IMG/VR virus record: IMGVR_UViG_3300010162_000393
Span: 32,001-96,000 of that record
Strand: one strand, 5' to 3'
DNA length: 64,000 bases
DNA from: a virus
Taxonomy: Duplodnaviria; Caudoviricetes
A program made the translations under genes and the position numbers. This document shows, in pieces, positions 19,875-31,000 of the stretch (positions are counted from its first letter, which is position 1; the number at the start of each line of letters is the position of its first letter). A model generated the notes under the pieces. The model saw nothing but the letters and a program-made list of their open reading frames with translations, had not been told where the DNA came from and did no database searches.

Positions 19875-22664
19875 ATGGATTCAAAATTAATAAACGAATG
19901 GACAATTATATACGGTAGATTACCAAATGGTTTGTTGTTGGATAAGGAAACCGGTGAAATAAGCGGTATCCCAACCGAAACAGGTAACTTCACATTTACT
20001 GTAAAGGTTGTAAATCTTTGTGGAGAAGAAACAATGGAGATAGAATTGTTTGTTTGCGCAATGCCTGAAATTACGACCGCACCATATTTTCATTTTATAC
20101 AATTAGAAGAAATTGAAGAAAAAATATTAGAGTTTGAAGGAACTCAACCAGGAGTATGGTCTGCTGTTAATTTGCCAGACGGGTTAATATTATCGGAAGA
20201 CGGAAAACTAACAGGAACACCAACCGGATATGGTGAAATAAAATCAGAAATAACTGTTACCAATGCCTGTGGAGCAGATACTGTAGAATTTCTTTTTGAT
20301 TTAGATGATGTTCATCAAATTATATTTGAAGTAAAAGATAAACGAACCGGTGAACATATACCTGACGCAACAGTTATTTGCCCTGATTTGGAAATAGAAA
20401 ATCATGATAATGGTTTTTATACAACAATACTGAATGACGGGGAGCATCCTTGGCATGTTTCAAAAGAAGGGTATTTTCCAGAAGAAGGGACCGTTGTAGT
20501 AGAAGGAGATGAGGGGGAAGATATTTATGTGTTGGTGGAACTTCAACCAACAACATATGAATTAAAGTTTATTGTTACATATGAAGATACAGGAAATCCG
20601 GTAACAGATGCTACTATTGGGGTTATAAATTCTGAAACTGAACAAATTATTTCTTTAACAAATAAAGGTGGTGGTGTGTACTCTACATTTGTTGAAAATG
20701 GTAAATATGATTGGGGCGTTTCAAAAGAAAGTTATATTCCAGTAGATGGTGACGTTACTATTAATTATGCGGACGAGGTAATTGAGGTTGCGCTTATCCA
20801 AACTACAAAAGAATTAATATTTAAGGTAATAAATAATGGTGGTAGTTTTAGTGAACTACATTTTGATAATTCTTTTGATGTTGGCGGAAGGTTAATTAAT
20901 GATGCGACGGTTGTTTCTGGTAATTCACTGATTGATTTAGATATAACAAACAACAATGACGGTACTTATAAAACAGAAGTGTTTTCTGGTACATATAACT
21001 ATGCAATATCAAAAGAGGGATTCATAACCGAAAAAGGTAGTGTAGTGGTGCAAAGTGAAAATGTTGAAGTTTCTGTCCCACTTTCTGAAATAGTTGGTAT
21101 TATAACAGTAAATGCGACTGTTGCCCTGAGTAATGCTACTTGTAGTGCAACAATATCAGCATCTCCTGTATTATCTGGTTATACATATGATTGGTCTTTA
21201 TGGAATATGGATACAGAAACTTTAATTTCACAATCTCTTAATCAAACAGGTACTACATGGAATATGGGAGCAATGAGTAGTGGAAATCAAAATGTACCTC
21301 TTGAAGTACGCTGTACTGTAAAAGAACCTGTTTCGTCCGGCACCGCTTCGTTTGTTTGTACCCCACTTCCTTTGTGGAGAGTAACACAATTAAACCCTAC
21401 TTTGACGGTAAATAGAGCAAATATAATAACAGGTGAAACATTTATTGCCACATGTACAAACACCGTCGGAATGTCGCCGTTTGAATATGTATTTGAGGTG
21501 ATTAACCGCAGTAACGGTGAAGTAATACACGGTCCAATAAATCAAGATGTGTTAAATATATTTGAATATACACCAGCGACATTAGGAAATTATGGTGTTC
21601 GTTGTAGAGTGAATGTAAAAAATATACCTGTTGAATTTTATGATCAAACAGATGGGTTAGCAACAAGACTCGCTACCGTTAGTGGTCAAACTGATAACAT
21701 TGCTAGGGTTGATGTATACGATCCTATTGTTGCGACAATATCAACACCAAAATTAGGTCTGATGGAAGATGAACCGTTTGTTGTAACATGTACTTGGTCT
21801 GGTGGTTTAAGTCCATTTAGTTTTATTTGGAGTATGTGGCGAAAAGATGGTAGTACTTATACACAAATTGGAGCAAATACCACTACTACATCTTTTCAAT
21901 ATGGTAATGGTACATCAGCTTTATTTCCTACTCAATTTGCAACGCTCTTTACAAGTGGTGAAGCGAGTGGAATTAAAGAGGTTGAATTTAGATGTAGAGT
22001 AGAGAGTACTTCAACTTTATTTAACCCTCGTTTATCATGTGATGTGGTTCCAATTGTTGTTCAAATAGAACGACCACCATTTCAGTTTGTTTCAATAACA
22101 TTGGAAGGTACTGAACCTGGAGATGGTGACGATGGGAAAAGTCCTAGTCATTTTTTTGGAACAACCATAAAGGCAACTATTAATTTTACTGGTGGTACAC
22201 TACCAATAACACGTTACCAAAGAAGATTATCAACCCTTACAAATACAAATGGAAATTTAATTGCACTTGGTGATATTACACCGCTATCACCAACATTTGA
22301 GTTTATATGGCCGGTGTCAAACGGATCAACAAGTGGTAATGTTGATCATGTTACCTTGTATTGTACAGTAAGAGATAATAAGAATAGAGAAATAAATGGT
22401 AGTATAATAATATATAATTATATGTTTGGTAAACTATCTGGTATTATCACTTACAATCAGAAAAAACCAACAGGTGATGAAACGCTACCATACGTTATAA
22501 CACCATATGGTGGTGTTGGAACAGTTTATTATAGTTGGAAAATATACGATAATGAAACCAATGAATTAGTTGCAACGATTCCATCAATTGGTACCCAAAC
22601 CGGTACAACTATTAATTATGCAATTCCCTCAAGTCTTGCTCATTATGATGCTTTGATAAAATAA
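19875..22664 (+). CDS. Fibre continuation protein: half Ig repeat, Ig, carboxypeptidase-regulatory-like and PKD-like domains
   Basis: Starts mid-repeat (EWTIIYGRLPNGL...NLCG); later GG-x-x-P-F/Y-x-Y-x-W...C-x-V PKD-like units. Confidence 0.75.
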   Translation: MDSKLINEWTIIYGRLPNGLLLDKETGEISGIPTETGNFTFTVKVVNLCGEETMEIELFVCAMPEITTAPYFHFIQLEEIEEKILEFEGTQPGVWSAVNLPDGLILSEDGKLTGTPTGYGEIKSEITVTNACGADTVEFLFDLDDVHQIIFEVKDKRTGEHIPDATVICPDLEIENHDNGFYTTILNDGEHPWHVSKEGYFPEEGTVVVEGDEGEDIYVLVELQPTTYELKFIVTYEDTGNPVTDATIGVINSETEQIISLTNKGGGVYSTFVENGKYDWGVSKESYIPVDGDVTINYADEVIEVALIQTTKELIFKVINNGGSFSELHFDNSFDVGGRLINDATVVSGNSLIDLDITNNNDGTYKTEVFSGTYNYAISKEGFITEKGSVVVQSENVEVSVPLSEIVGIITVNATVALSNATCSATISASPVLSGYTYDWSLWNMDTETLISQSLNQTGTTWNMGAMSSGNQNVPLEVRCTVKEPVSSGTASFVCTPLPLWRVTQLNPTLTVNRANIITGETFIATCTNTVGMSPFEYVFEVINRSNGEVIHGPINQDVLNIFEYTPATLGNYGVRCRVNVKNIPVEFYDQTDGLATRLATVSGQTDNIARVDVYDPIVATISTPKLGLMEDEPFVVTCTWSGGLSPFSFIWSMWRKDGSTYTQIGANTTTTSFQYGNGTSALFPTQFATLFTSGEASGIKEVEFRCRVESTSTLFNPRLSCDVVPIVVQIERPPFQFVSITLEGTEPGDGDDGKSPSHFFGTTIKATINFTGGTLPITRYQRRLSTLTNTNGNLIALGDITPLSPTFEFIWPVSNGSTSGNVDHVTLYCTVRDNKNREINGSIIIYNYMFGKLSGIITYNQKKPTGDETLPYVITPYGGVGTVYYSWKIYDNETNELVATIPSIGTQTGTTINYAIPSSLAHYDALIK

Positions 22665-22695
22665 TATAAAAATAATATAAAAAAATAATAATAAA

Positions 22696-25600
22696 ATGGC
22701 ACATTATCCATACAATGATTTACGTTTAGAATGTACAATAACCAATAGCGGAAATTCAAATGAATTTGTTGCAAAAGAGTGGGTTACACCAGCCGTACCG
22801 GTTGCAGCATGGGAGGGGACAAAAGAACCTATGTTAACTGGTTTAGCATTTCCCAAACCAACAAATTTGAGATATGCTAATATAACCAACCATGTCTATT
22901 CGCCAACAAGAAATACCGCATATTATTATAATAACCAAGTTATTCAATATTCAAGTGTATTAAGTCCAATTCGGTTAGTATATATATTGAAAATTACCGA
23001 TTTTATTATGACAAGTTGTACGGTTGGGTGTTTGCACCCAGACGGGGTAATATTTTTATGTAATAATAACACTAGTTCTTCAAGAGCAATATTAGTAAAG
23101 GAAATAAGTGAAGAACCATTTGCTGATTATGAAACAATACATAATTATCCGGGTGCTTTACCGGATACTAATGGTAATAGGAGACTTCATTTTGTTCATT
23201 ATTATGATAATAAATTCTATGCGCAAAATGGTGTAGTATATGATATGAATTATAACGAAATTGCTACCCATTTAGTTGATAACACAGCAAAAGTAGCACC
23301 CGTTAATCCAAAACTTCAACCAAATAGATGGTGGATTGGTACAGCTACTGCAAATGGTGGAACAAAATCGTGTTATATTTCAAATAATGATAGTGCGAAT
23401 AGTTATACAAATTCTTTATCTGTTTCCCATTTTTATCGTGATGTTGAAATTAATTCAACAACAACTGATCCAGCATCAATATCGTTTAATTGGAAAGGTG
23501 TTGGTGATACGACTTGGGGTTATTTACAGTTTCGTGTTATAGAAACTAGTGAAACGCCGGTACCAGGTACACTACCTTCAGGATCCTCTCTTGTTGGTAA
23601 TTTATTTAATAGTTCAGTGTGGATAAATAGAGTTGTTACTCTAGGTGAAATGTCTGGTGTAAAACGTATTGTGTTTACATGGCGTAATACCGCAAATACT
23701 ACTTACCAACCACCTGCTGCCGTAGATAACATTATTATTAAGACGAATGTTGGTCCAGATATTATTGAGGATTTTGAGAGCGGTGATGGTACAACACTTG
23801 ATAATTGGGTGTTTCCGGATCCTCTAGTTATATTACCACCAAATATATCATATTACGGTTTTAATACAGAAAGAGATATATTATATGGTTATAATGCTAA
23901 TCTATTGAATACAAATAATGGGGATGGAAAATTTCTTTGTAATATTCGTATTAATAATACCGGAAATTTAATTCTAGCTGTTTATGATGTTGTAAGTAAT
24001 AATGTTAAAGTGTTAAATAGCATAGTAACAAATAATATATCATATTTTGGTTATTATTTTGCGAATAATTGTGTTGTTGTATTAATGCATGATATTTTGG
24101 ACTCCCAAACACCAAGAATGGCAAAGGTTAAAATATATGATTTAATTTCCGATAATATAACGGAATTAGATATTAAACGATCAACCACTTTCACAACTTT
24201 TTATGTTAGACCAACATTTGATAAAAGATATGTAAACATTGCAACAAATCTTACTGTTGCTACTACACCACGCATATATGAAACATATTTTACATTTGTT
24301 GATACTATTGATAAGCGAATAATAACCAGAAACGGATCATATTCTTATAATAATAATTCTGGTAGTAACGATACTGCTCTTTCTTTTCATATGACTTATG
24401 CGTATGCTTTTATTGAATATGAAGGTGAATTTGTTGGTATCCATACAAAATTGAGTGATGGTAATGCGCTACATTCATTATGTGATGTTCCGGTAGTTCT
24501 TGGTGATAGAATATATTCATACGGACATACTTCAGCAAACCATCCTGTTTATTTTGTGGATAAAACGAATCAATTAACATTATTATCAACAAATGATAAT
24601 ACATATCAAGAACTTAATCCAACAACCACACCTGTATGGTTTTTACCTACTTCTAATCTTGTTTATTTACAATATAATAATAATATATATAAAATAGGTA
24701 TTTCTAATTTTTATGTTGGAACTAATAATTATAGCGTTTCGTTGGTTGTTTCGGTTTATGATGTTGCTTCTTATTCATGGAGTGTTGTTAATAAATTGAA
24801 TTTATCTAGTGGTAATAATAATAGTGATTTTAGAATTATTCGCGCATGTTTTGATGAAGATTATGTGTATTTATTAGTAAACTATGCAAATAGTACCGCA
24901 TTAAGAATAATTATATTTAATAAAATAACATACGAGTTAATATCAAATACTGATGCTCAACGTAATCAACCATTTTATATTAGTTTTAATAATACTCAAA
25001 CTGCTCTTTGGAATTTTAGTAGTAGATATGGAAATGGTAGTAGTAATTTGCGACCAACAATATCAACATCTAATATGTTTTATAACAATTTTTATCTTTT
25101 CTTTGACATTAGTTATACACCAGTCCCATTTATGATATATGATATGAAAACACGTATAATTCATCAAATGATGTGGGATGGTTGTAATAGTACAACCTCT
25201 GGACTATCTATACCAAGTAATACGGCTAGTAATTATACAATTACATTCGTTGAGTTGGATAATAATAAAATATTAGCTTCAGCGTTTTTTAATAATAATT
25301 TTAGTTTAATATTAGAACATGATTTATCTACAAGATCAACTATTTTGTTAAACCATTCAAACTGGAATGATAGTACTATGGGGCGTGAAAGAAAACTTGT
25401 ACTTGGTAATATTTATAGGGTTGCTGATCGTATATATATTAATACCACAGCAACCACAGGTGGTGTGGCATTTGATCTTGATTATAACCCTGTTTCTTTT
25501 AGTGGTATTACACCAACTCAAGATTATTCAGATTATTATCGTCTTAATTATAATAACATTACACCTCATTATTTTGTAAATTCAGATAACACAATAATAA

Positions 25601-28008
25601 AAGATAATGATGTTATAACTGTAACAAATATTGATTCCGGATATGTTTTAAGAACACATCTTTATGTGGATGGTATGTCATGTGTGTTATGTGGAAGAAC
25701 TAACGATAAACCAAGATTATATCTTTTAAATGAAGATTTTTCAGTTACATTTTTACGTGAATATAATGAAAGTAGTATTTCTCATACCAGTAATAATAAT
25801 ATTATTAATAGAAATGTTTGGAATATTGGAAAAAATGTTTTATATTCCGGTAGGATACCGAATACATTGCCTTTGAAAAGGATACCTTCAAACGTTTCCT
25901 CAATGAGTTATATCAACCCAATGAGAAATCATGATTCATTTTATCTTGTTTCATTCGCTAATGGTGGTATTATGAAACAAACTGGTCCAACAACATTTAC
26001 ATTAACTACTGCGCCTGTTGAATATACATATAGCGCATTTGGTATAAGCACAAATACAATACTTTTACGTGGAAGATATGCTGGTACTAGTAACGATTTG
26101 TGGTATAAATGGGATGAATTTAACACTCCTGCATGGGTTCAATGTGGTGGTACTAATCCATCTTCTCCAACACTTGTTACACAAAATACTTGTACTGATA
26201 GGATTTATATTATGAATAGTAGTCAAATATTTAAATATGATCGTAATACAAATACTATTAATTTATTTCAAACTTTGGGTGGTTTTATTGCTACTGATTT
26301 GTATATACAACATAAAGATCACAAAGAAGGTAGAATGTATTTTGTTAGAAATAATATACTATATAGAGAATCAGATGATTTATTATCAATAGTAGAAGTG
26401 TTAAGAAGCGAAACTAATATTGTTAATGTTATTATTTGTCCCGGAGATTTGTTGTATTATGCTAATACAAGGGATGTGTTTTCATTTAATGGAGTAACAC
26501 AAAATAGAATTGGTACAACAGGGTCAACGACTAATATTGTTGATATAGCAATTGATGGTGATGGAGTGATTTGGGGTATAACAGGTAGCACAACATTTAA
26601 TATTAAAAATGGTGTTATAAGTGAAAGTATTACAATGTGTAGATATATAACTGTATCAAGTCAAACTAATCAAAGAGAATTATCAGCGACTTATGGTGCA
26701 CTAACAAGACTTATAATTGAACCAGAACATAATAGAAGGTTTATGTTTAATACTAATTATCAATTTTATTGGTCTGATTTATACAATATTAATATAACAC
26801 GTACTCAACGAACTATTGATACCGGAAGGATAAGATTATTTTTATATAATAATTATATATTTAGTATTAGTGATACTGAAGTAGTGGTTTGGTTCGTAGA
26901 TGTCTACGGGAATCTCGTGTCTTCAGAATTTGATTGGCAAATGGGTAACGATAAAAGACATCTCGTTTGTTATAAACCGTTTGCGGTTGGTGCTGATACA
27001 CATATATGGGATAACCCTAACCCAAGTGGTGTAATTGAAAATATGCACACCAGTGATATAACTGATGTGATAACCGACCAGTATTCTGGTTGGATGCAAA
27101 TAGCTGGTAATTGGGAATCTTTTAATGCAATTGTACCTAGAAAGTCTAATGAATATTCATATAATAGTAGACCAAGATTTTGGGATCAAAATATTAAAAT
27201 TAATAATATGGAAGTTGCTAGCAGAGTTTCGATATGGACAGGAACTGAAAGTATATATTTACCACTTAATATTATTGCTGTAACAAATAAACTTGTTGGT
27301 TCAGGAAATGATTTAAGGATTTCATTGACTGTAAAGGGAAGTGGGTATATGTACCTTAGTTGGGGTGTAGATTCACCAATACAAGTAGAATTGACCGGTT
27401 CTGAACAAACATTCGATTATCAATACACAGCAAAAAATTTTCATACAATAACTATCTATGCAAATGATGTTACATACTTTAAATGTACTAAAGCTAAATT
27501 AATGCAGGTGGATATATCGAAAAATAAAACATTAACACGTATAGATGTTCAGGATAATTTATTATGGGAATATGAATTAAATCATATTATTGAACATCTA
27601 CCACCAGTAACAGGAGGAACAATTAAAATTTGTGATAATCCTGCTTCAGATACTTGTGATAGATTTAGTGTTATTGAAAAAGGATGGGATTTTGATGCAT
27701 ATCAGGATAATATTGATATCACAGAAGTCAATAATTCTATTGTAAATATTTATGATACACATGGTGATATAGATGATAATGAAAATAATGTTAAAACCAT
27801 TGAACAAGCAAGAGCAAGTGTTATGCGCATTCTTGCAACCACATATCCTGTGGATTTTAATGATGTGAAACCAACGTTAGAAGACATTGCGTTTGTTCCT
27901 GCCGGAGGTGGTGTAAACGGTTATTATGATTTTTATATGAAACTCAATAAGTGTGAGGGAGCAGAACAGATCGTAGGACCATTAAGATTAGATATTTGGG
28001 CAGTTTAA
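22696..28008 (+). CDS. Large beta-rich putative receptor-binding/virion surface protein with inserted adhesin-like domain and short C-terminal LRR
   Basis: 1770 aa, N/Y/T-rich, propeller-like segments; adhesin module 23323-23811; internalin-like VDISKNKTLTRIDVQDNLL near the C-terminus. Confidence 0.6.
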   Translation: MAHYPYNDLRLECTITNSGNSNEFVAKEWVTPAVPVAAWEGTKEPMLTGLAFPKPTNLRYANITNHVYSPTRNTAYYYNNQVIQYSSVLSPIRLVYILKITDFIMTSCTVGCLHPDGVIFLCNNNTSSSRAILVKEISEEPFADYETIHNYPGALPDTNGNRRLHFVHYYDNKFYAQNGVVYDMNYNEIATHLVDNTAKVAPVNPKLQPNRWWIGTATANGGTKSCYISNNDSANSYTNSLSVSHFYRDVEINSTTTDPASISFNWKGVGDTTWGYLQFRVIETSETPVPGTLPSGSSLVGNLFNSSVWINRVVTLGEMSGVKRIVFTWRNTANTTYQPPAAVDNIIIKTNVGPDIIEDFESGDGTTLDNWVFPDPLVILPPNISYYGFNTERDILYGYNANLLNTNNGDGKFLCNIRINNTGNLILAVYDVVSNNVKVLNSIVTNNISYFGYYFANNCVVVLMHDILDSQTPRMAKVKIYDLISDNITELDIKRSTTFTTFYVRPTFDKRYVNIATNLTVATTPRIYETYFTFVDTIDKRIITRNGSYSYNNNSGSNDTALSFHMTYAYAFIEYEGEFVGIHTKLSDGNALHSLCDVPVVLGDRIYSYGHTSANHPVYFVDKTNQLTLLSTNDNTYQELNPTTTPVWFLPTSNLVYLQYNNNIYKIGISNFYVGTNNYSVSLVVSVYDVASYSWSVVNKLNLSSGNNNSDFRIIRACFDEDYVYLLVNYANSTALRIIIFNKITYELISNTDAQRNQPFYISFNNTQTALWNFSSRYGNGSSNLRPTISTSNMFYNNFYLFFDISYTPVPFMIYDMKTRIIHQMMWDGCNSTTSGLSIPSNTASNYTITFVELDNNKILASAFFNNNFSLILEHDLSTRSTILLNHSNWNDSTMGRERKLVLGNIYRVADRIYINTTATTGGVAFDLDYNPVSFSGITPTQDYSDYYRLNYNNITPHYFVNSDNTIIKDNDVITVTNIDSGYVLRTHLYVDGMSCVLCGRTNDKPRLYLLNEDFSVTFLREYNESSISHTSNNNIINRNVWNIGKNVLYSGRIPNTLPLKRIPSNVSSMSYINPMRNHDSFYLVSFANGGIMKQTGPTTFTLTTAPVEYTYSAFGISTNTILLRGRYAGTSNDLWYKWDEFNTPAWVQCGGTNPSSPTLVTQNTCTDRIYIMNSSQIFKYDRNTNTINLFQTLGGFIATDLYIQHKDHKEGRMYFVRNNILYRESDDLLSIVEVLRSETNIVNVIICPGDLLYYANTRDVFSFNGVTQNRIGTTGSTTNIVDIAIDGDGVIWGITGSTTFNIKNGVISESITMCRYITVSSQTNQRELSATYGALTRLIIEPEHNRRFMFNTNYQFYWSDLYNINITRTQRTIDTGRIRLFLYNNYIFSISDTEVVVWFVDVYGNLVSSEFDWQMGNDKRHLVCYKPFAVGADTHIWDNPNPSGVIENMHTSDITDVITDQYSGWMQIAGNWESFNAIVPRKSNEYSYNSRPRFWDQNIKINNMEVASRVSIWTGTESIYLPLNIIAVTNKLVGSGNDLRISLTVKGSGYMYLSWGVDSPIQVELTGSEQTFDYQYTAKNFHTITIYANDVTYFKCTKAKLMQVDISKNKTLTRIDVQDNLLWEYELNHIIEHLPPVTGGTIKICDNPASDTCDRFSVIEKGWDFDAYQDNIDITEVNNSIVNIYDTHGDIDDNENNVKTIEQARASVMRILATTYPVDFNDVKPTLEDIAFVPAGGGVNGYYDFYMKLNKCEGAEQIVGPLRLDIWAV

Positions 28009-28041
28009 ATTTAAAAATAATACAATAAAAATATAATAAAA

Positions 28042-31000
28042 ATGATAAAACAGGATTTAATAGAATTTATTGAAACCAGAGTATTTCAAAATACAGATAA
28101 TACAATAAGAGCACAAGCTGTACAGGAAGCGTTATACGAAATTGTTAAAAATGTGTGTGGAAAAGCAAAATCACGCGAACCATACCTGATTACCAAAATC
28201 AATGAGTATATTTATCCAAATTTGACTTCTGATATTACAGATATTGTGTTGCAGGATATTCTTGTATTAATGGTTGATGAATTATGGTTTCATGAAGACT
28301 CAAAAAATGACCTTATAACATACATTCAAGAAAATGTTGTAGCAGAGATAACCGGTGATATTTTGAGCGTTGTGTTGGTTAAAATGGTTAACGATCTGTG
28401 GTATGATCCGGCAGAGTTTTGTTCTTGTGAAATACCGTTGGCAGCAGGAACCGTTGGGGATAATATTAGTTGGAAAATATGTTCTACATATAAAGCATTG
28501 TGTTTGGAAGGTGCCGGTGATATGTTAAATCTTGAACACGGACAATACGGGTGGGAGAGTTATAATAACGATATTAAAATAGTTGTTATTGATAATGGAA
28601 TTACTTCCATTGGAAATTCTGCCTTTTCGTTTAATACAAATCTAATTGATGTTGTTATTGGAAATTCTGTTAGAATAATAGGTGAGAAGGTTTTTCAAGG
28701 TTGTAATAAATTACCTTTAATAATTTTTCCGAATTCGGTTACTTCTCTTGGTCAATATATTTTTGATGGATGTAGTGAATTATCAATGATTGAAATGAGT
28801 GGTTCGATTAGATTTATTGGGGATTCTGCATTCCGTAATTGTATAAATTTAAGTGAAATAACCTTACCAAACTCAGTGACAACTATTGAATCATTTGCAT
28901 TCAAAGGTTGTATAAATTTAAGTGAAATAACCTTACCAAACTCAGTGACAACTATTGAAGACGGTGTTTTTGATGGTTGTAGCGGTTTGCTTGATGTTTA
29001 TATGGGATTTTCGACTACAAAAATTGGTGATTTTGCTTTTAATAATTGTATAAATTTAAGTAAAATTATAATACCGGATTTTGTAACCTATATTGGAACA
29101 TCATCTTTTCAAAATTGTGCTAATTTAATTGAAGTAATTATACCATTTTTAACGGAAGTAATAGGGGAATATGCCTTTATGGGTTGTGGTAAATTAACCA
29201 GATTAACTATTGGGGATTCGGTAACAACAATTGCTAATAATGCTTTCAGCGGTTGTGTAAATGTAGAAAGAATCGCAAATTATGCTATGGTACCACAAAT
29301 AATTAATATTAATGTGTTTGATGGTATAAATAAAAACACTTGTTTATTATTGGTTCCTGGGGAAGCATTTGATTTGTATAAAGAAACTGATGTTTGGAAA
29401 GATTTTATAAATATTGAAAAATTTGACGTTGAAGAAGAATTTTGTACATGTAATAACCCAATAGTAGAAAATATTCTTGGTTCACAATCCAATAAATGGT
29501 GGATTGGTACATCTACTGCAAATGGTGGAACAAAGTCATGTTATATTTCAGATAATAATAGTACAAATACTTATAATTCCACAACATCTATTTCACATTT
29601 TTATCGCGATGTTGAAATTAATTCAACAACAACAAATCAAGCAGTACTATCGTTTGATTGGAAGTGTGCCGGATGGTCATCTAGTAACGGTTACTTAAGT
29701 GTTCGTGTTATAGAGACTACTGAAACACCTATTCCCGGTGTGTTTCCTTCAGGGACATCAATTGTTGGTAATTTATGGAATAATCGGTCAACATGGTTAA
29801 ATAGGGTTGTTAATTTAGGTAATATGTCTGGTGTAAAACGTATTGTGTTTACATGGTATAATACTTCTGGTGTTGATAACCCACCTGCTGCCGTAGATAA
29901 CATTATTATTAAGACGAATGTTGGTCCAGATATTGTTGAGGATTTTGAGAGCGGTGATGGTACTACACTTGATAATTGGGTTATTAATGGGGAAACTGGA
30001 CCAAAATGGAAAATATGTCCAAATAATACTTTGTGTATCACTGGTAATGGTATTATACCCAATATACCAAATGGTACACTTTGGAAATCCACAAGTAATT
30101 CTGCTATTATTCAAAGAATTGTTATTGGAAAAAATATCACTTCTATTGCCGCTAATGCTTTTGAAAATCTTAAAAATGTAATGAGCGTAAGTATTGGAAA
30201 TTCTGTTACTGTTATCGGTAACTATGCTTTCAGTGGTTGTGATAATTTAAATGATGTGAATATTGGAAATTCTGTTATAAATATTAGTCAATATGCTTTT
30301 CAGAACTGTTTTAATTTACAGAGAATAATTATACCGAATTTGGTTATTACTATAGATAACTATGCTTTTAGTGGTTGTAGTAGTTTGATGAATGTAATTA
30401 TTGGTAACTCTGTTGCAAGTATTGGTAACTATGCTTTTAGTGGTTGTAGTAATTTACCAAGAGTAGTAATCCCTAATTCAGTAATAACTATTGGTAATTA
30501 TGCGTTTTCTAATTGTAGAAAATTAACAGAAATAACAATACCAGATTCTGTAACATCAATTGGTAGCAACACATTTTCTTATTGTACTAGTTTAACTAAT
30601 GCTATTATTGGAAATTCTGTAACATCAATTGGTAATTTGGTTTTTGAGGCATGTCGTGATTTAACAGAAATTACAATTGGAAGTTCTGTTAGTTCGATTG
30701 CATCAAACGCATTTTCAGGTGGTTCTAATTTAATATCTAATAGATGGCATGTTGGTACAGCAATAAATAATGGCGGTAATAAATCGTGTTACATTAGTAA
30801 TAATAATAAAGATAATACTACTTCAGGTATTTCATCTAGCGGAATGGTATATTTTTATCGAGACATTAATATTAATTCAACAGAACAAAATCGTGCAACA
30901 ATTTCATTTGATTGGATGTGCGTTGGACCAAATTGGGGTATAGATTTTGACGCATTGAGAGTGTATCTCGTAGATACCAATATAACCCCTGTGGCGAACA

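Noticed and set aside
19801-19895. Pseudogene or frameshift explanation of the split fibre gene
   Set aside because: The gap holds a stop, the late motif, a leader and an ATG, and both flanking ORFs are otherwise intact
22638-22707. T4 gene 60-like ribosomal bypass between matching CAT-TAT codons
   Set aside because: The stop is not adjacent to the take-off codon, no hairpin is evident, and the downstream ORF has a normal ATG with an A-rich leader
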